A stretch of DNA of 64,000 bases from Octopus sinensis (Eukaryota): contig NC_042997.1 of NCBI RefSeq assembly GCF_006345805.1, positions 151,466,001 through 151,530,000 of the forward strand, written 5' to 3'. The translations under genes were made by a program, and so were the position numbers. A model generated the notes under the pieces. That model was not told the DNA's origin. It saw only the letters and a list, made by a program, of their open reading frames with translations, and did not search any database. Positions 39,022 to 53,711 of this stretch are shown piece after piece (the stretch's first letter is position 1; every line of letters starts with the position of its first letter).

Positions 39022-40438
39022 AGTGTGAGAAAATGGTTAACTGCTTGGCAGTAGAATTGAAATAACTGGGGAACCATTGCTTTGTGCAAGTTCTCTCAAA
39101 GCTGCTCAGACGACAAACATGTCTCGTCCCATTGTGGAGGTTGTCGATTTCGTCAGGATTAAACATAATGTGAGCTTTAGTGAATCAATGTTCATCTCAG
39201 TATTACTAATGGACCAAAGTTCATGTCTCCGGACTGATTTCTCAAATCCTCTGTAGCTCCCCTATAACAAAGTTAGTCTTCATTCTATTCTTCGGATGCA
39301 GTTCAAGTGCTATATCTCTACTGGTAGCGATGATTGTATCGCATATATCAGAGTGATTCTTGTTCTAAACCTATCACAAAGAGTGGTGAACCTATTGTGT
39401 AATCTATTGCGTAAACATCCCACATAAGTTATCACAAAATGCTACCTTTTCTCTGGCGATTTGTTTTATGAAATCTCAGGTTTGTACTTTATGCAGGCCA
39501 TGACTTACCTAGCATTTACAAGACATACATGTTTTGTCTGATATAACATCCTCGAATGAGGAGTATGGATGTGTATCTATGATACTATTCATCCAATTAC
39601 TGCGTAATAGGATGGAGTCCAGCTGACCAAAGCTGCCAAAAACTGACAACGTGCCTAGATTTATACTAATATATGTCTCAAATCTGTATTGGAGCAAGAT
39701 TTCCATGTACAGATATTTTATTGGTAATATAAATATATATCACATGTATATGTAAGCATAAACACAAATACATATACGTAATCACATATATACAATGCTC
39801 ATATATCCTAATCTATAAAATTCTCTACACGCGTGTGTCTGTGTGTGCGCGCGCGTGTGTGTGTTCGGGCGTGTGTTGGCGTATGCATCAGCATTTTACA
39901 TTAGTATGAAGAACAGATTTTTGACTACATTATTATATTAGGGAGAATTGCGGAAGGATTATTGACCAGCTTGCAGAGCTTATATAATGCATGTCATGTG
40001 TGATAATGCTTAAAGCATATGGTGTATTGTAGCCATATCAAAACATACTGGTCTTCACACTTCCACATTTACTGCATATCAGCTAATTATAAATATATTT
40101 ACCTGTAATCCATTAGTTAAGAAGCTATAGGTTAGATATAATTGATTATATGCTTGGTTGGTAAATCAAGTCTTAACTCGTGGCATTGATTTATAGGCTT
40201 GTGTTCCGCCTGAGAATTAGCTGTGCGCTAGCTGCATAATATATACCAGGACACTTACAAGTAGCTCTTCATTTCAATCCATACTGTTAATTTTCTCCCT
40301 GGCTTTCTCTTTATTTCTATTCATAGGTCATTTTCCCTTTCAACCTACAGAAATGCATTATTTCAACATTCACAGCTAGTTCACGAAAATATGACATAAT
40401 CTTCTGTGGTGCATAAAATATATATCAATTTCAAAATT

Positions 40439-40491
<53 letters not shown>

Positions 40492-40920
40492 ATATATACA
40501 TACATATATAAATATGTATGTATGTATGCATGTATACATACGTATTGGGGAAGAAGATAAAGAGAACGAGTAGGTAAAAGAGAAAAACAATAATAAACAA
40601 GAAATATATAATGTCGAAAAGAGACCTACCTCTGTTTTCTACAAGCACACACATAGGATTTCCACAATGGCTGTATGGGTTCAATTTAATTGGATATCTT
40701 ATCATCCTAGCAAATCACTGACTGTCAGAGGCTAAGTTTAGTTCCAAAAGGGTGACTACAGCACAACTGACACACAAGGTGCTCAATATTCTATTCCTCT
40801 CTAACCTTACATTTCTTAATTCTTCTTTTCGTTTGACCTTTCTTTCTGTTTGGCTATTCTTCAACTTCCCTTCATTTTTCTCCTCATTCTTCTATCATTT
40901 GCTATTATAATATCATCAAT

Positions 40921-41745
40921 ATAAGTCGACTTAATCCGTTTGTCTGTCCTTGTTTCTCCCCTCTGTTTGTAGCCCCTTGTGGGCAGTAAAGAAATAGGTA
41001 TTTCGTCTGCCGCTACGTTCAGAGTTCAAATTCCGCCGAGGCCGATTTTGCCTTTCATCCTTTCGGGGTCGATTAAATAAGTACCATTTACGCACTGGGA
41101 TCGATATAATCGCCTTAATCCGTTTGTCTGCCCTTCTTTGTCTTCTCTGTGTTTGGCCCCTCGTGGGTAGTAAAGAAATGGGTATTTCGCCTGTCAGTAC
41201 GTTCTGAGTTCAAATTCCGCCGAGATTAACTTTGATTTCATCCTTTCGAGGTCGATAAATTAAGTACCAGTCAAGTACTGGGGTCAAAGATATTGACTCA
41301 TCCCCTCCCTCATAATTGCTGCCCTTGTGGCAAAATTTGAAACCATTATTAATATTGATATAAATGCAACGATCTGGCACAATCGTTAGCATTTCGTTCG
41401 TTTTTGCGTTCTGAGTTCAAATTCTGCCGAGGTTGACTTTGCTTTTCATACTTTCGGGGTTAATAAATTCAGCATCAGTGGAACAATGGTGTCGATGTAA
41501 TCGAATACTCCCCTCACCCCAAATCTCAGACCTTGTGCCTCTAGTAGAAAGGATTATTATTCTCAATAGTAATATCAGAGTTAAGGCACCGCGCTGGCAG
41601 ATTGATAGCACGCTGTTAAAAATGCTTAGTGGCATTTCGTCCGTCTTTACGTTCTCAGTTCAAATTCCGTCAAGATCGACTTGGCCTTTCTTCATTTCGG
41701 GGTCGATAAAATAAGTACCAGTTGAATAATGGGGTCGATGATATC
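40921..41745 (+). mobile_element. Second tandem cluster of family A SINE units
   Basis: Headless units joined at AAAGAAATAGGT|ATTTCG (about 41000) and AAAGAAATGGGT|ATTTCG (about 41184); further copies at about 41375 and 41580. Confidence 0.85.
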
Positions 41746-41802
41746 AACTTGCTGGCTTTGAGCCAACATTTGAAATTCATATTAATCTTGTTACTACTAC
41801 TG

Positions 41803-41841
<39 letters not shown>

Positions 41842-42517
41842 GTAGTAGTAGTATATTTTTCAATTTACTCTTTTCAGCAAGTCACACCAGATATCTCTTT
41901 TAAAGCAATAATCAGCAATTTTGGTTTTAGAATTTTTATGTTCTCGTAGAATTTTTATGTTCTAGTACAGCTAATATTCTACTTTTGCTGCTGCTGCTGC
42001 TGCTGTTACTAATACTACAACTAGTATTACTCTCGGTGCTACTATTATTCCCGCCCACTTATACTGTCTGTGCCAACTCTTCTCCCTTATTGTCATAACT
42101 CTGTGGTCATAGCTACGCTTCTTTAAAGTCATTAACTTCTCGTTTTATGAGACTCTGCAATGCTATAAGTAAACCCCAGCCAGAGATGAAAGTATGAGAA
42201 AGTACGTGAACCTGAATTTCCACCAAAACCCCAATTAGCTGACCAACAAGTAGTAGCAGGAGATGACGACTAGGATGATTGAGCTATATAGATGGTTATC
42301 TAAGAGTTGTCCCAGATACCGGGACGAAAAATTTGACAGTAAATATTAAATGGTCGATAGGCATAAGCAGTTTTTCTGTGTATCTGAATAGCTAAAACTC
42401 TCTGCACTGTAACTGATTTATGGCTTCACGTAAACATCTGAACACCACACAATTTTGAAACCGGTTAAGTGCATATATGCATATATGTATGTATTATGTA
42501 TGTTTGTATGTATATAG

Positions 42518-42554
<37 letters not shown>

Positions 42555-42557
<3 letters not shown>

Positions 42558-42731
42558 AAATGTAATATGTGACAATTATTCGGTAGCCATGATAAAACTC
42601 CGAGTTTCGGATGCCGTGGTGGAAATCCAAGTCGCCATCTCTTCAGTTAAGAGATCGCCGCGTGGATTTCCACCTAGGCATCTGAAACTCGGAGTTTTAT
42701 CATGGCTACCGAATAAAAGTCACATATTACA
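42555..42731. mobile_element. About 175-bp imperfect hairpin, inverted copy of the core of the 42843-43195 palindrome; hammerhead core on the minus strand (CUGAAGA at 42646-42640)
   Basis: Differs from the reverse complement of 42931-43108 at only about 3 positions, including the same arm-to-arm mismatches. Confidence 0.88.
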
Positions 42732-42771
42732 TCTATAATATCTATATATCTATATATCTATATATCTATAT

Positions 42772-42842
<71 letters not shown>

Positions 42843-42851
<9 letters not shown>

Positions 42852-43195
42852 ATGTATATATTGATAAAAAGGGTAAGGCAGCAAAAGAAAGAAAGAGACC
42901 TCGATATTATGTAAATAGAGGAAATTACCTGTAAATGTAATATGTGACTATTATTCGGTAGCCATGATAAAACTCCGAGTTTCAGATGCCTAGGTGGAAA
43001 TCCACGCGGCGATCTCTTAACTGAAGAGATGGCGGCTTGGATTTCCACCACGGCATCCGAAACTCGGAGTTTTATCATGGCTACCGAATAATTGTCACAT
43101 ATTACATTTACAGGTAATTTCCTCTATTTACATAATATCGAGGTCTCTTTCTTTCTTTTGCTGCCTTACCCTTTTTATCAATATATACATACATA
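42843..43195. mobile_element. About 350-bp palindromic element between (TA)n tracts, centred on a hammerhead core
   Basis: Arms TTGATAAAAAGGGTAAGGCAGC...GATCTCTT / AAGAGATGG...GCTGCCTTACCCTTTTTATCAA with loop AACTG at 43019-43023. Confidence 0.9.
43018..43074 (+). ncRNA. Minimal type I hammerhead ribozyme motif
   Basis: UAA-CUGAAGA-GAUG..UGGAUUUCCA..CAUC-C-GAAA-CUCGGA-GUU-UUA; helix III is the palindrome AAACUC-G-GAGUUU. Confidence 0.6.
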
Positions 43196-43213
43196 TATAT
43201 ATATATAATATAT

Positions 43214-43266
<53 letters not shown>

Positions 43267-44263
43267 ATATAGATATTAGATATATAGATATAGATATATA
43301 CATATATATACACACACATACAAATACACTCACACATACAATATATACAAGAGGGAGCTCCCAGTGTTTGTAAATATGTGGTTGAGTTGGTGTGTACCTA
43401 TTCACAAAAGAATCTCAGATGAAGGATTTTCTGAATGTCTTACAAAACTCCATTGTGCCACGAATTAATTGGATTTAGAGAACTCGCATCAGTTTCTTTT
43501 GTTCTTTCTCTGCGAAACCGAGTATTTCTAAGCTTTGTTGTAAATTTGTTGGTACATAACCTAATGCCTCCATGATAGTAGGTACAAATAAGAGTTTTAC
43601 TCATGGTACAATAGCTGTATTAATGTATGCATGCATGTATGTATGTATGTATGTATGTATGTATGTATTATGTATGTATGTATGTATGTATGTATGTACA
43701 TGGCAATCTCCTTCATAGTTCTTTTCCTCTAAATTACACGCACAAATCGTTGTCAGCGTATTCCTGTGTATGCATTCCACATGTCCAAAGTCCCATGCTG
43801 TGTAATCAAACTCGAATCTATAATGCATGAATATGTAAAGGATATGTATTCATAAAGCTACAAAACTGCTACCTGTCATGTGTCTCGAGTTAAGTTTGAT
43901 AAAATAAAAGCAAAATTTGGAGAATATGTACTCGAGGTTGAAACTTATCTGTATGTAACTGTAAAATAACTCTGAAGTGGTTCTATATTGGTAAGAATAT
44001 ATAAGCATGTGCTTAGATTTGAAGTGAGTTGGAGCCGCAAATATATCTATATTGTCTTTTATACGTTTATAAGCAAAGTATCCGAAGTTAACGTTAACAT
44101 TTGTTACATTAACAAGTATATTCTGAAGAATTATTCTCTAATACTAAATATAGATAAATACTCTAAGTGTGAAAGAAGGTTTCCATTTATGTGTGTGCGT
44201 GTATACATACATGTATATGTCTATCTTTGTGGGATACATACATACATATATATACATACATAC

Positions 44264-44338
<75 letters not shown>

Positions 44339-45009
44339 ATGTATTTATGCATGCATGTTTTATATACACATGCAAATAAACGCACATGTAATATCAGCAC
44401 TCTTATATGTGCAGTATGCAGTATTAAAGCAATGCGAGGAATGTCATACCAGAAAACGTAAAAGCTATATTTGATTCCGACAACGCATGCACTCACGGTT
44501 ACCAAAATATATTCGTCACATTCATCTTTACCTGTTCGCTATGTTTATATAATCATATATGAGCGTACACGTGTTGATATATATATGATATATATATATA
44601 TATCTATATATATGTGTATATATATATATATGTGTGTATGTATGTATTTATGTATGTAGGTATGTATGTGTGTGTATGTCTGTGTATGTATGCATATATG
44701 TATGAATATATAGATGTGTCACTGTGTGTGTGTTGTTTCGTCAGTGTATTTTTATTTTATGTAGTGTAAATATATTTTGGGATCTAGCTTGTATGCATCC
44801 ATCTCTTATCTGTTATCTAAAAATGGTATTTACCAAAAACAAAAGATAATAGATATAAAAAGGGTAATAAACTATTTTAGCTCTTCGACATTAGGCTAGT
44901 CTCAAGAATGATGCGTATAACACAGCTTGATATAAAATTATTGAATTCCATGACAGTTTGTTGTCATCTACAAATAACCGAATAAAACTTTTACAAAAGG
45001 AATGTTGAT

Positions 45010-45010
45010 C

Positions 45011-45068
<58 letters not shown>

Positions 45069-46265
45069 GTCTGTCTGTCTATCTATCTATCTGTCTATCT
45101 ATCTATCATTCTATCTATTTATCTATCTAGATGACTGCATACATGTATATGGTTGTAGACATATATGCTTATATATGTCTATAATGGATACTTACATGCT
45201 ATTTGCGTATTTACAAATACCTACATCAATGCACACATGTGTTAACATCCACCTGTGTCAGTGTTAACTATTTGTGAACATCAGACATCGCCATTGCAAA
45301 GTGTTTCCGAGAAACCAGAAGAAGAGCTACGATTTATACATCATACTAGGATTACTCCGTGTGTAATGTTTTTCATGCAGTTTCTGGTCTCATTTTGTTG
45401 TTTGGTTGTTATTCTTCTTTATATTTTGTTTCGTTTGAAATATTTATTGAGATATATTTTGTTATTGTTTCTAATTTTTAATCCACTTAACCTTTATCAA
45501 CGACAGAGGACTTCAAACAGTAGAATTCTGCTCATCTTAGCTGCCAACAATGTTTTGTCAGCTGTCACGTTTTAGCTTTTTTATGGTAGCCATTAAAGAC
45601 AGACAAAAAAACTCATAAGTTATTGTTGAGACCCAGTAGATTGTACATGAGAGAATATGTGAGAAATTCAGAAAGAAACTGAGGCAGAGTTAGAGGAGAG
45701 AATGAGAAAAACAGAGATAGTGGGAGAGAGAGAGTGAGTGTTTGTGCAAATGAAGGAGTGAATGGATTAGAGAGTGAGTGTACAAGTAAACGAGAGAGAG
45801 AGAGAGAGAGAGAGCGAGAGAATAAATAGAGAGAGAGAGAGAGAGAGCGAGAGAATAAATAGAGAGAGAGAGAGAGAGAGAATAAATAGAGAGCGAGAGA
45901 ATAAATAAAGAGCGAGAGAAAGATTGAAACGGTGAGAGAGAGAGAAAAGGAAAAGAAAGGAATACAGATAGAAAGAGTGCAAAAGAAATATTAGCGATCG
46001 CTAAAATGCCCGAGTGAGTGGCAACAAATAGAGAATGTAAACAAAATAACAAAATATGTTGGATAAAAAAAAACAGAGGAACAGAAGAAAAGAAAAGGAA
46101 GAAGAGCAAGATTTCGAAGCAGAGGCAGAAGTATAAAAGAACAGCGCCAAGAAACACAAAACAGAGAATCAATTCGCAGAGAGAAAATAAATTGAAGTAT
46201 TAATACATATATACATAAATATATAAAAACGTATACGCAAATATACATATATGTGTGTGTGTGTG

Positions 46266-46335
<70 letters not shown>

Positions 46336-46379
46336 TATATATATGTATATATATATGTATATATATATATATGTATATA

Positions 46380-46436
<57 letters not shown>

Positions 46437-46852
46437 TATGTATGCATATGTATGCATGTGTGTGTGTGTGTATATATGAGTGTTACATGTGAGCAACAAT
46501 AAAAAAAATTAAAAGAGATAACAGATACTAGAGAAAACAATTGAAGTACTGTAGTAAAAAAGAGAGAGAATGAAAGAGCAAGGAGAGAGGGAGAAAGAAA
46601 GCGTGATGAAAGTAAGAAAGATAACAGAAAAAGAAATAAAAAAGTGGGATCTTAAGAAAACGAGATTCCAGAAGATAAAAACGAAAAAAAAAAATATTAT
46701 CTAGAATACATATGATAAAATGTGTTTTATTTTAAATTTAAAATATTGTTACAAGTAATATATGTGTTCACGTGGGTGTGTTCGTATGTGCATTCATGAA
46801 TGTATGTATGTGTGCCTGCTTCTACAACATAAACATGTAGATCTATCTTTCA

Positions 46853-46893
<41 letters not shown>

Positions 46894-48079
46894 CTATCTA
46901 TCTATCTATCTGTCTGTCTGTCTATCTATCTATCTGTCTATCTATCTATCATTCTATCTATTTATCTATCTAGATGACTGCATACATGTATATGGTTGTA
47001 GACATATATGCTTATATATGTCTATAATGGATACTTACATGCTATTTGCGTATTTACAAATACCTACATCAATGCACACATGTGTTAACATCCACCTGTG
47101 TCAGTGTTAACTATTTGTGAACATCAGACATCGCCATTGCAAAGTGTTTCCGAGAAACCAGAAGAAGAGCTACGATTTATACATCATACTAGGATTACTC
47201 CGTGTGTAATGTTTTTCATGCAGTTTCTGGTCTCATTTTGTTGTTTGGTTGTTATTCTTCTTTATATTTTGTTTCGTTTGAAATATTTATTGAGATATAT
47301 TTTGTTATTGTTTCTAATTTTTAATCCACTTAACCTTTATCAACGACAGAGGACTTCAAACAGTAGAATTCTGCTCATCTTAGCTGCCAACAATGTTTTG
47401 TCAGCTGTCACGTTTTAGCTTTTTTATGGTAGCCATTAAAGACAGACAAAAAAACTCATAAGTTATTGTTGAGACCCAGTAGATTGTACATGAGAGAATA
47501 TGTGAGAAATTCAGAAAGAAACTGAGGCAGAGTTAGAGGAGAGAATGAGAAAAACAGAGATAGTGGGAGAGAGAGAGTGAGTGTTTGTGCAAATGAAGGA
47601 GTGAATGGATTAGAGAGTGAGTGTACAAGTAAACGAGAGAGAGAGAGAGAGAGAGAGAGAATAAATAGAGAGAGAGAGAGCGAGAGAATAAATAGAGAGA
47701 GAGAGAGAGAGAATAAATAGAGAGCGAGAGAATAAATAAAGAGCGAGAGAAAGATTGAAACGGTGAGAGAGAAAAGGAAAAGAAAGGAATACAGATAGAA
47801 AGAGTGCAAAAGAAATATTAGCGATCGCTAAAATGCCCGAGTGAGTGGCAACAAATAGAGAATGTAAACAAAATAACAAAATATGTTGGATAAAAAAAAA
47901 ACAGAGGAACAGAAGAAAAGAAAAGGAAGAAGAGCAAGATTTCGAAGCAGAGGCAGAAGTATAAAAGAACAGCGCCAAGAAACACAAAACAGAGAATCAA
48001 TTCGCAGAGAGAAAATAAATTGAAGTATTAATACATATATACATAAATATATAAAAACGTATACGCAAATATACATATA

Positions 48080-48120
<41 letters not shown>

Positions 48121-48124
48121 TATA

Positions 48125-48166
<42 letters not shown>

Positions 48167-48170
48167 TATG

Positions 48171-48230
<60 letters not shown>

Positions 48231-48232
48231 TT

Positions 48233-48266
<34 letters not shown>

Positions 48267-48678
48267 CATATGTATGCATGTGTGTGTGTGTGTGTATATA
48301 TGAGTGTTACATGTGAGCAACAATAAAAAAAATTAAAAGAGATAACAGATACTAGAGAAAACAATTGAAGTACTGTAGTAAAAAAGAGAGAGAATGAAAG
48401 AGCAAAGGAGAGAGGGAGAAAGAAAGCGTGATGAAAGTAACAAAGATAACAGAAAAAGAAATAAAAAAGTGGGATCTTAAGAAAACGAGATTCCAGAAGA
48501 TAAAAACGAAAAAAAAAAAATATTATCTAGAATACATATGATAAAATGTGTTTTATTTTAAATTTAAAATATTGTTACAAGTAATATATGTGTTCACGTG
48601 GGTGTGTTCGTATGTGCATTCATGAATGTATGTATGTGTGCCTGCTTCTACAACATAAACATGTAGATCTATCTTTCA

Positions 48679-48690
<12 letters not shown>
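45010..48690 (+). repeat. Tandem duplication of an about 1.84-kb unit (about 45010-46850 and 46851-48690) with breakpoints in (TCTA)n
   Basis: Identical ORFs at 45255 and 47098 (offset 1843); unique sequence nearly identical, microsatellite lengths differ. Confidence 0.93.
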
Positions 48691-48766
<76 letters not shown>

Positions 48767-48834
48767 CTCAGCCTGTCTGTCTATCTATTTATCTATGTAT
48801 CTCTGTCTCTATCTATCTATCTATCTATCTATCG

Positions 48835-48908
<74 letters not shown>

Positions 48909-49004
48909 ATATATATAATATATATATATATAACTTTCCTTCTCTCTATATATTTATATGTATGTATGTGTGTGTGCGTGTGATTTTATAGGCCTAACTG
49001 TGTG

Positions 49005-49271
<267 letters not shown>

Positions 49272-49909
49272 TGTGTGTAGATATACGGGTATGTATGTTC
49301 TATTTTAACTCATTTTATTTCCTCATGTGAGGAAGGAGCTGGTTTCGAACAATGATATAAAACCCCACCTTTAGAATTTGTTACCAAAATCAATGTCGCA
49401 TTTTGAAATTGTGATAAGTTTTGCATAATTTTACTATTCCACTTAAAGTATGTATTTGTAATGTGCATGATAGCTGTGGGATTTCTTGTTTGAAAGCCCC
49501 AGGTTTTCCAGAGTATTTACTAACAAAACCAATTACACAAATTCTTATGTGTAACAATGTACCAATATTGAGTACAGAAAATGGAGGTTTTGAACATTTA
49601 TCCGATACTAATTCTCCGTTTTGAGTTTCAAAGAGCTAGCATGGCAATTGACTTCTGTGGTGGAACATGCATATATTTTTGTCTACTGCAAACAACGATA
49701 TCCGAACTATTATTTTTGCACTTCATAGATATTTTTATAGAAATATTCAACCAATATTCCTAGTGTTCGAGGCGATAATATGTGAATTTTAGGGCAGCAT
49801 TGCATATTGTCTTAGCAACAACGTCATATCGCATTAGACGGTTTTATCGTGATAACATATTCAGGCAACTACTGATCACTTGTGACAACTTCTACACACA
49901 TGCATGCAC

Positions 49910-49925
49910 GAAGTATGTATGTATG

Positions 49926-49959
<34 letters not shown>

Positions 49960-50391
49960 TGTATGTATGTATGTATATGTATGTATGCATGCATGTATGT
50001 ATGTATGTATGTATTTATGTATGTATGTATGTATGTATGTATGTATGTATGTATGTATGCATGTATGAAGTATGTATGGGTACATGTATGTCTAAATGCA
50101 TGTATGTATGTATGTATGTATGTATGTATGTATGTATGTATGTATGCATACATGTAGGGATGCATGTATGTACATATGTTATTATGTATATACGAAGGGG
50201 TATCAACAAGTTCCCGGAGTGCCAACAGATGGCAGGGACCTTCATGAGGTAGTGTGCCGAGAGACCTCTTTGTTTTTACTTCAGAAGTTGCGAAATTTGT
50301 ATTCTTGTATGCTGTAGTCTGTGATTTTGTCATGTATGCATACATACATACACATACATACAATACATACATACATACATACATACATACA

Positions 50392-50427
<36 letters not shown>

Positions 50428-50515
50428 CATAAATACATGCATGCATACATACATACATACATACATACATACATACATACATACATACATACATACATAC
50501 ATACATACATACGAT
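49910..50515. repeat. (TATG)n and (CATA)n arrays in opposite orientation (representative of dozens of di-/tetranucleotide arrays in the window)
   Basis: Direct reading; source of most spurious MYVC/HTYI ORFs. Confidence 0.95.
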
Positions 50516-50873
50516 TCGCAGTGGCATTTTGAGTCCTTTTGGAAAGCACACACGTGCACCTACACATAAGTGAATTTATGGAGAAGTAACTAGTGTTGTT
50601 TTTTTGTTTTCTTAAACTAACGCGCATTTTAGTTTCAATGTGAATGGTAAAAGAATTTTTTTCCATTGCATGATTTATCTTTCCTGTGAAAAAAAGTATA
50701 CATTGTGACATATTTTATACTCTTCCTAGGTCTTCATTGAAGAATAAATACTAGTATTTTCAGAAGGCAAAAATTTCTATCACATAGCCATAGATCCATA
50801 TATTGTGTATACAGACTATGATTTAGTTAAAAATCGTCCGTCAACTTAGCATTGCAATGCCCGTACTGAAAAT

Positions 50874-51295
50874 GTGGCTTAGGTAATAAATTCAAAGTAA
50901 ATATAAAGTAGCTTGATAACCAAACACATGGTTACGGGTTCAGTTCCACTGCGTGGCACCTTGGGCAAGTCTCTTCTACTATAACCTCGGGCCGACCAAA
51001 GCATTGTGAATGGATTTGGTAGAGGGAAACTCAAAGAAGCCCATCGTATATATGTGTGTGTGTTTGTATTTGTGTGTATACGTTTGCGTGTCTGTGTTTG
51101 TCCCCCCAACATCGCTTGACAACCGATGTTAGTGTGTTACGTGCCCGTACCTTAGCGGTTCGGCAAAAGAACCCGATAGAATAAGTACTAGGCTTACAAA
51201 GAATAAGTCCTGGGGTCGATTTGCTCGACTAAAGGCGGTGCTCCAGCATGGTCACAGTCAAATGGCTGAAACAAATAAATGAGTAAAAGAGTAAA
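50874..51295 (+). mobile_element. Near full-length CORE-type tRNA SINE with internal (TG)n (possibly the octopus OR family)
   Basis: B box GGTTCAGTTCC, CORE-like GGCACCTTGGGCAAGTCTCTTCTACTATA, 3' tail ending in (GAGTAAAA)n. Confidence 0.82.
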
Positions 51296-52136
51296 CTTTT
51301 TTTCTTTGATAACTAGAAAACAAGTTACACTTCAATAAGGCAAAATTTTTGGATTTTTTATTTCCGTGCGCAGTAAAAGCGGTATCCATAGTATTGCTTT
51401 CTATTTCTCCTTGTGTAGTTAGGATTAGGATTTCGTTCTGAGTTCAAATACATTTCATCCTTTCGGAGTCGTTTTGATAAGTACCATTTGCGCACTTGGG
51501 TCAATGTAATCGACTACTCCTCACAGCAAATTTCAGGCCTTGTGCCTATAGTAGAAAGGATTATTAAGGCGGCGAGCTATCAGAATCTTTATCACGCCGG
51601 GCAAAATGCTTAGCGGCATTTCATCCGTCTCTACGTTCCGAGTTCAAATTCTACCGAGGTCGATTTTACCTTTCATCTTTTCGGGATCAGACTCTGATTT
51701 TCAACTTTCTAGAGTCGATAAATTAAAGTACAATTCTCGAATTGAAGTCAGTTAAATCGACTATCTCCTATCCATGAAGACTTGAAGACATGTAGCGATG
51801 TCAGAAATCATTATTGTTTCAGCAAGTTTCTTTTAATCTTTTAAATTACATGCTACGTACGAAAATGAAAGAAAATAAAGTAAATAATAAAAAAAAGTAT
51901 TTGTGGTAAAAAATAAAAGGCAAAGAAGTGCAAAAGTGTCTTGAAGTGTGGCGATTTTGAAATGTAGGTTAACAGTTGAAAGAGGATGAAAAATCTTTAT
52001 TTTCGTATAACAGTTTGAAATTCAATTGAAATGGTCATGTTGATAAATAGGATGACGTTTGATTAGTGAGATTGAGATAAAGTGATGGATATAGAGTAAA
52101 GGCTAAAAGAACATTTCACATTGGTGAAACATTAAA

Positions 52137-52212
<76 letters not shown>

Positions 52213-52274
52213 GGACAGAGACAGAGACAGACAGAGAAACAGAGACAGAGACAGAGAGACAGAGACAGAGACAG

Positions 52275-52313
<39 letters not shown>

Positions 52314-52441
52314 AGGAAAGAAAGGAAGAAAGAAAGAAAAACGAAGAAAGAGTTGGGCAAAAATAGTGAAAATTGAAATTGAGGGACGAAGAGACGAGGA
52401 GAGGGAGTGAGAGAGAAAGAGAGAGAGAGAAAGAAAGAGAA

Positions 52442-52475
<34 letters not shown>

Positions 52476-53711
52476 GGAGGGAGAGATGACGGAGGAAATC
52501 GTGTAAAAACAAAATTGAGGGACGAAGAAAGAAAATAAAAGAGTCCGAGAGAGAAAGAGCAGGCGAGAGAAAGAGAGCAAAAATTAAGACGAAGACAACA
52601 CTTTTAGGAGAAAAGGATTGATTGATATTTAATGATATTAGTATCGTTGTTAGCATGCTTGACAGAATGCTTAGAGGTATTTTGTCCGACTTTACATTCT
52701 GACTTCAAATTCCACTGAGGTTGACTTTGTCTTTCATCCTCTGTGAATCGATAAAATAAACACTAATAAAGCGTTGGCGTCGATATCAACGACTGACTCG
52801 TTCCCGCAATATTCCAGGTGTTGTGACTATAGTAGAAAAAATTATATACAGTCGAATACCCTGAATCATCATCCTCATCGTCATCATCTTCACCATCGTC
52901 GTCGTGGTCATTTAGTTGATCTTCCCTACCTTCTGGTCCATACCTTCTCCTTCGCAACATGACCTTCCCACCAATTCCTTCTCTTCTTTATCAACGGCAT
53001 CATCATCATCATCATCACCACCAACACAACCACCATCATTTCTTTTGCAACATGTGATAATCGGTTCTTTGACGAGATTATATCTAACGCCGTTATCCTA
53101 GAAAAACCTGCGTTGTCTATTATCCAAACAGTTCATTGCAGTACATACCCATGTTATCATTTCTTACCAACAACACCAAGTTTCACATTTTATACCTACC
53201 GTTTCCACTTATTTTTGAATTTAAATACTTATGCAGCCGTCCAGCTTGCCAAGCCCTGGTTCAACCTCCAACCCATGCCAGCATGGGCAACGGACGTTAA
53301 ATAATGATGATAATGATGATGATGACTACGATGATGATGGTGATCTTACATATAATTATGTATATTATGTATAAACAGTTTATTTCTTTGTAACAAAATA
53401 GCTTTGTATCACAAATGTCCGTGTATTCCTTTTTCGCATTGCATTTTCAAATACTCTCTTAACTGCATCGTTATCCGCTCCTGCGCAAGCCATTCAGTGA
53501 ATACTAGTTTTTATTAGTTTCTTAGAAATAACCTGCTGAAGAGCAATAACTAGCAGACTACCTATATACACACGCACGCACACAACTAGATAAATACATA
53601 CATGCATACATACATATATGCATTAATAGATTTATAGGTAGATTTATTAATTACATAAATGTAAAAATGTCCATGCGTCATCTATGATAATATAAATGAG
53701 AGATATAGATA

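Noticed and set aside
39500-39706. Minus-strand ORF ending at a strong AG|GTAAGT donor
   Set aside because: The long frame stops exactly at the donor and the other frames are closed.
43700-43820. Possible minus-strand exon FEFDYTAWDFGHVECIHRNTLTTICACNLEEKNYEGDCH
   Set aside because: Plausible acceptor but weak donor, no recognisable domain and no partner exons; BLASTX/RNA-seq needed.
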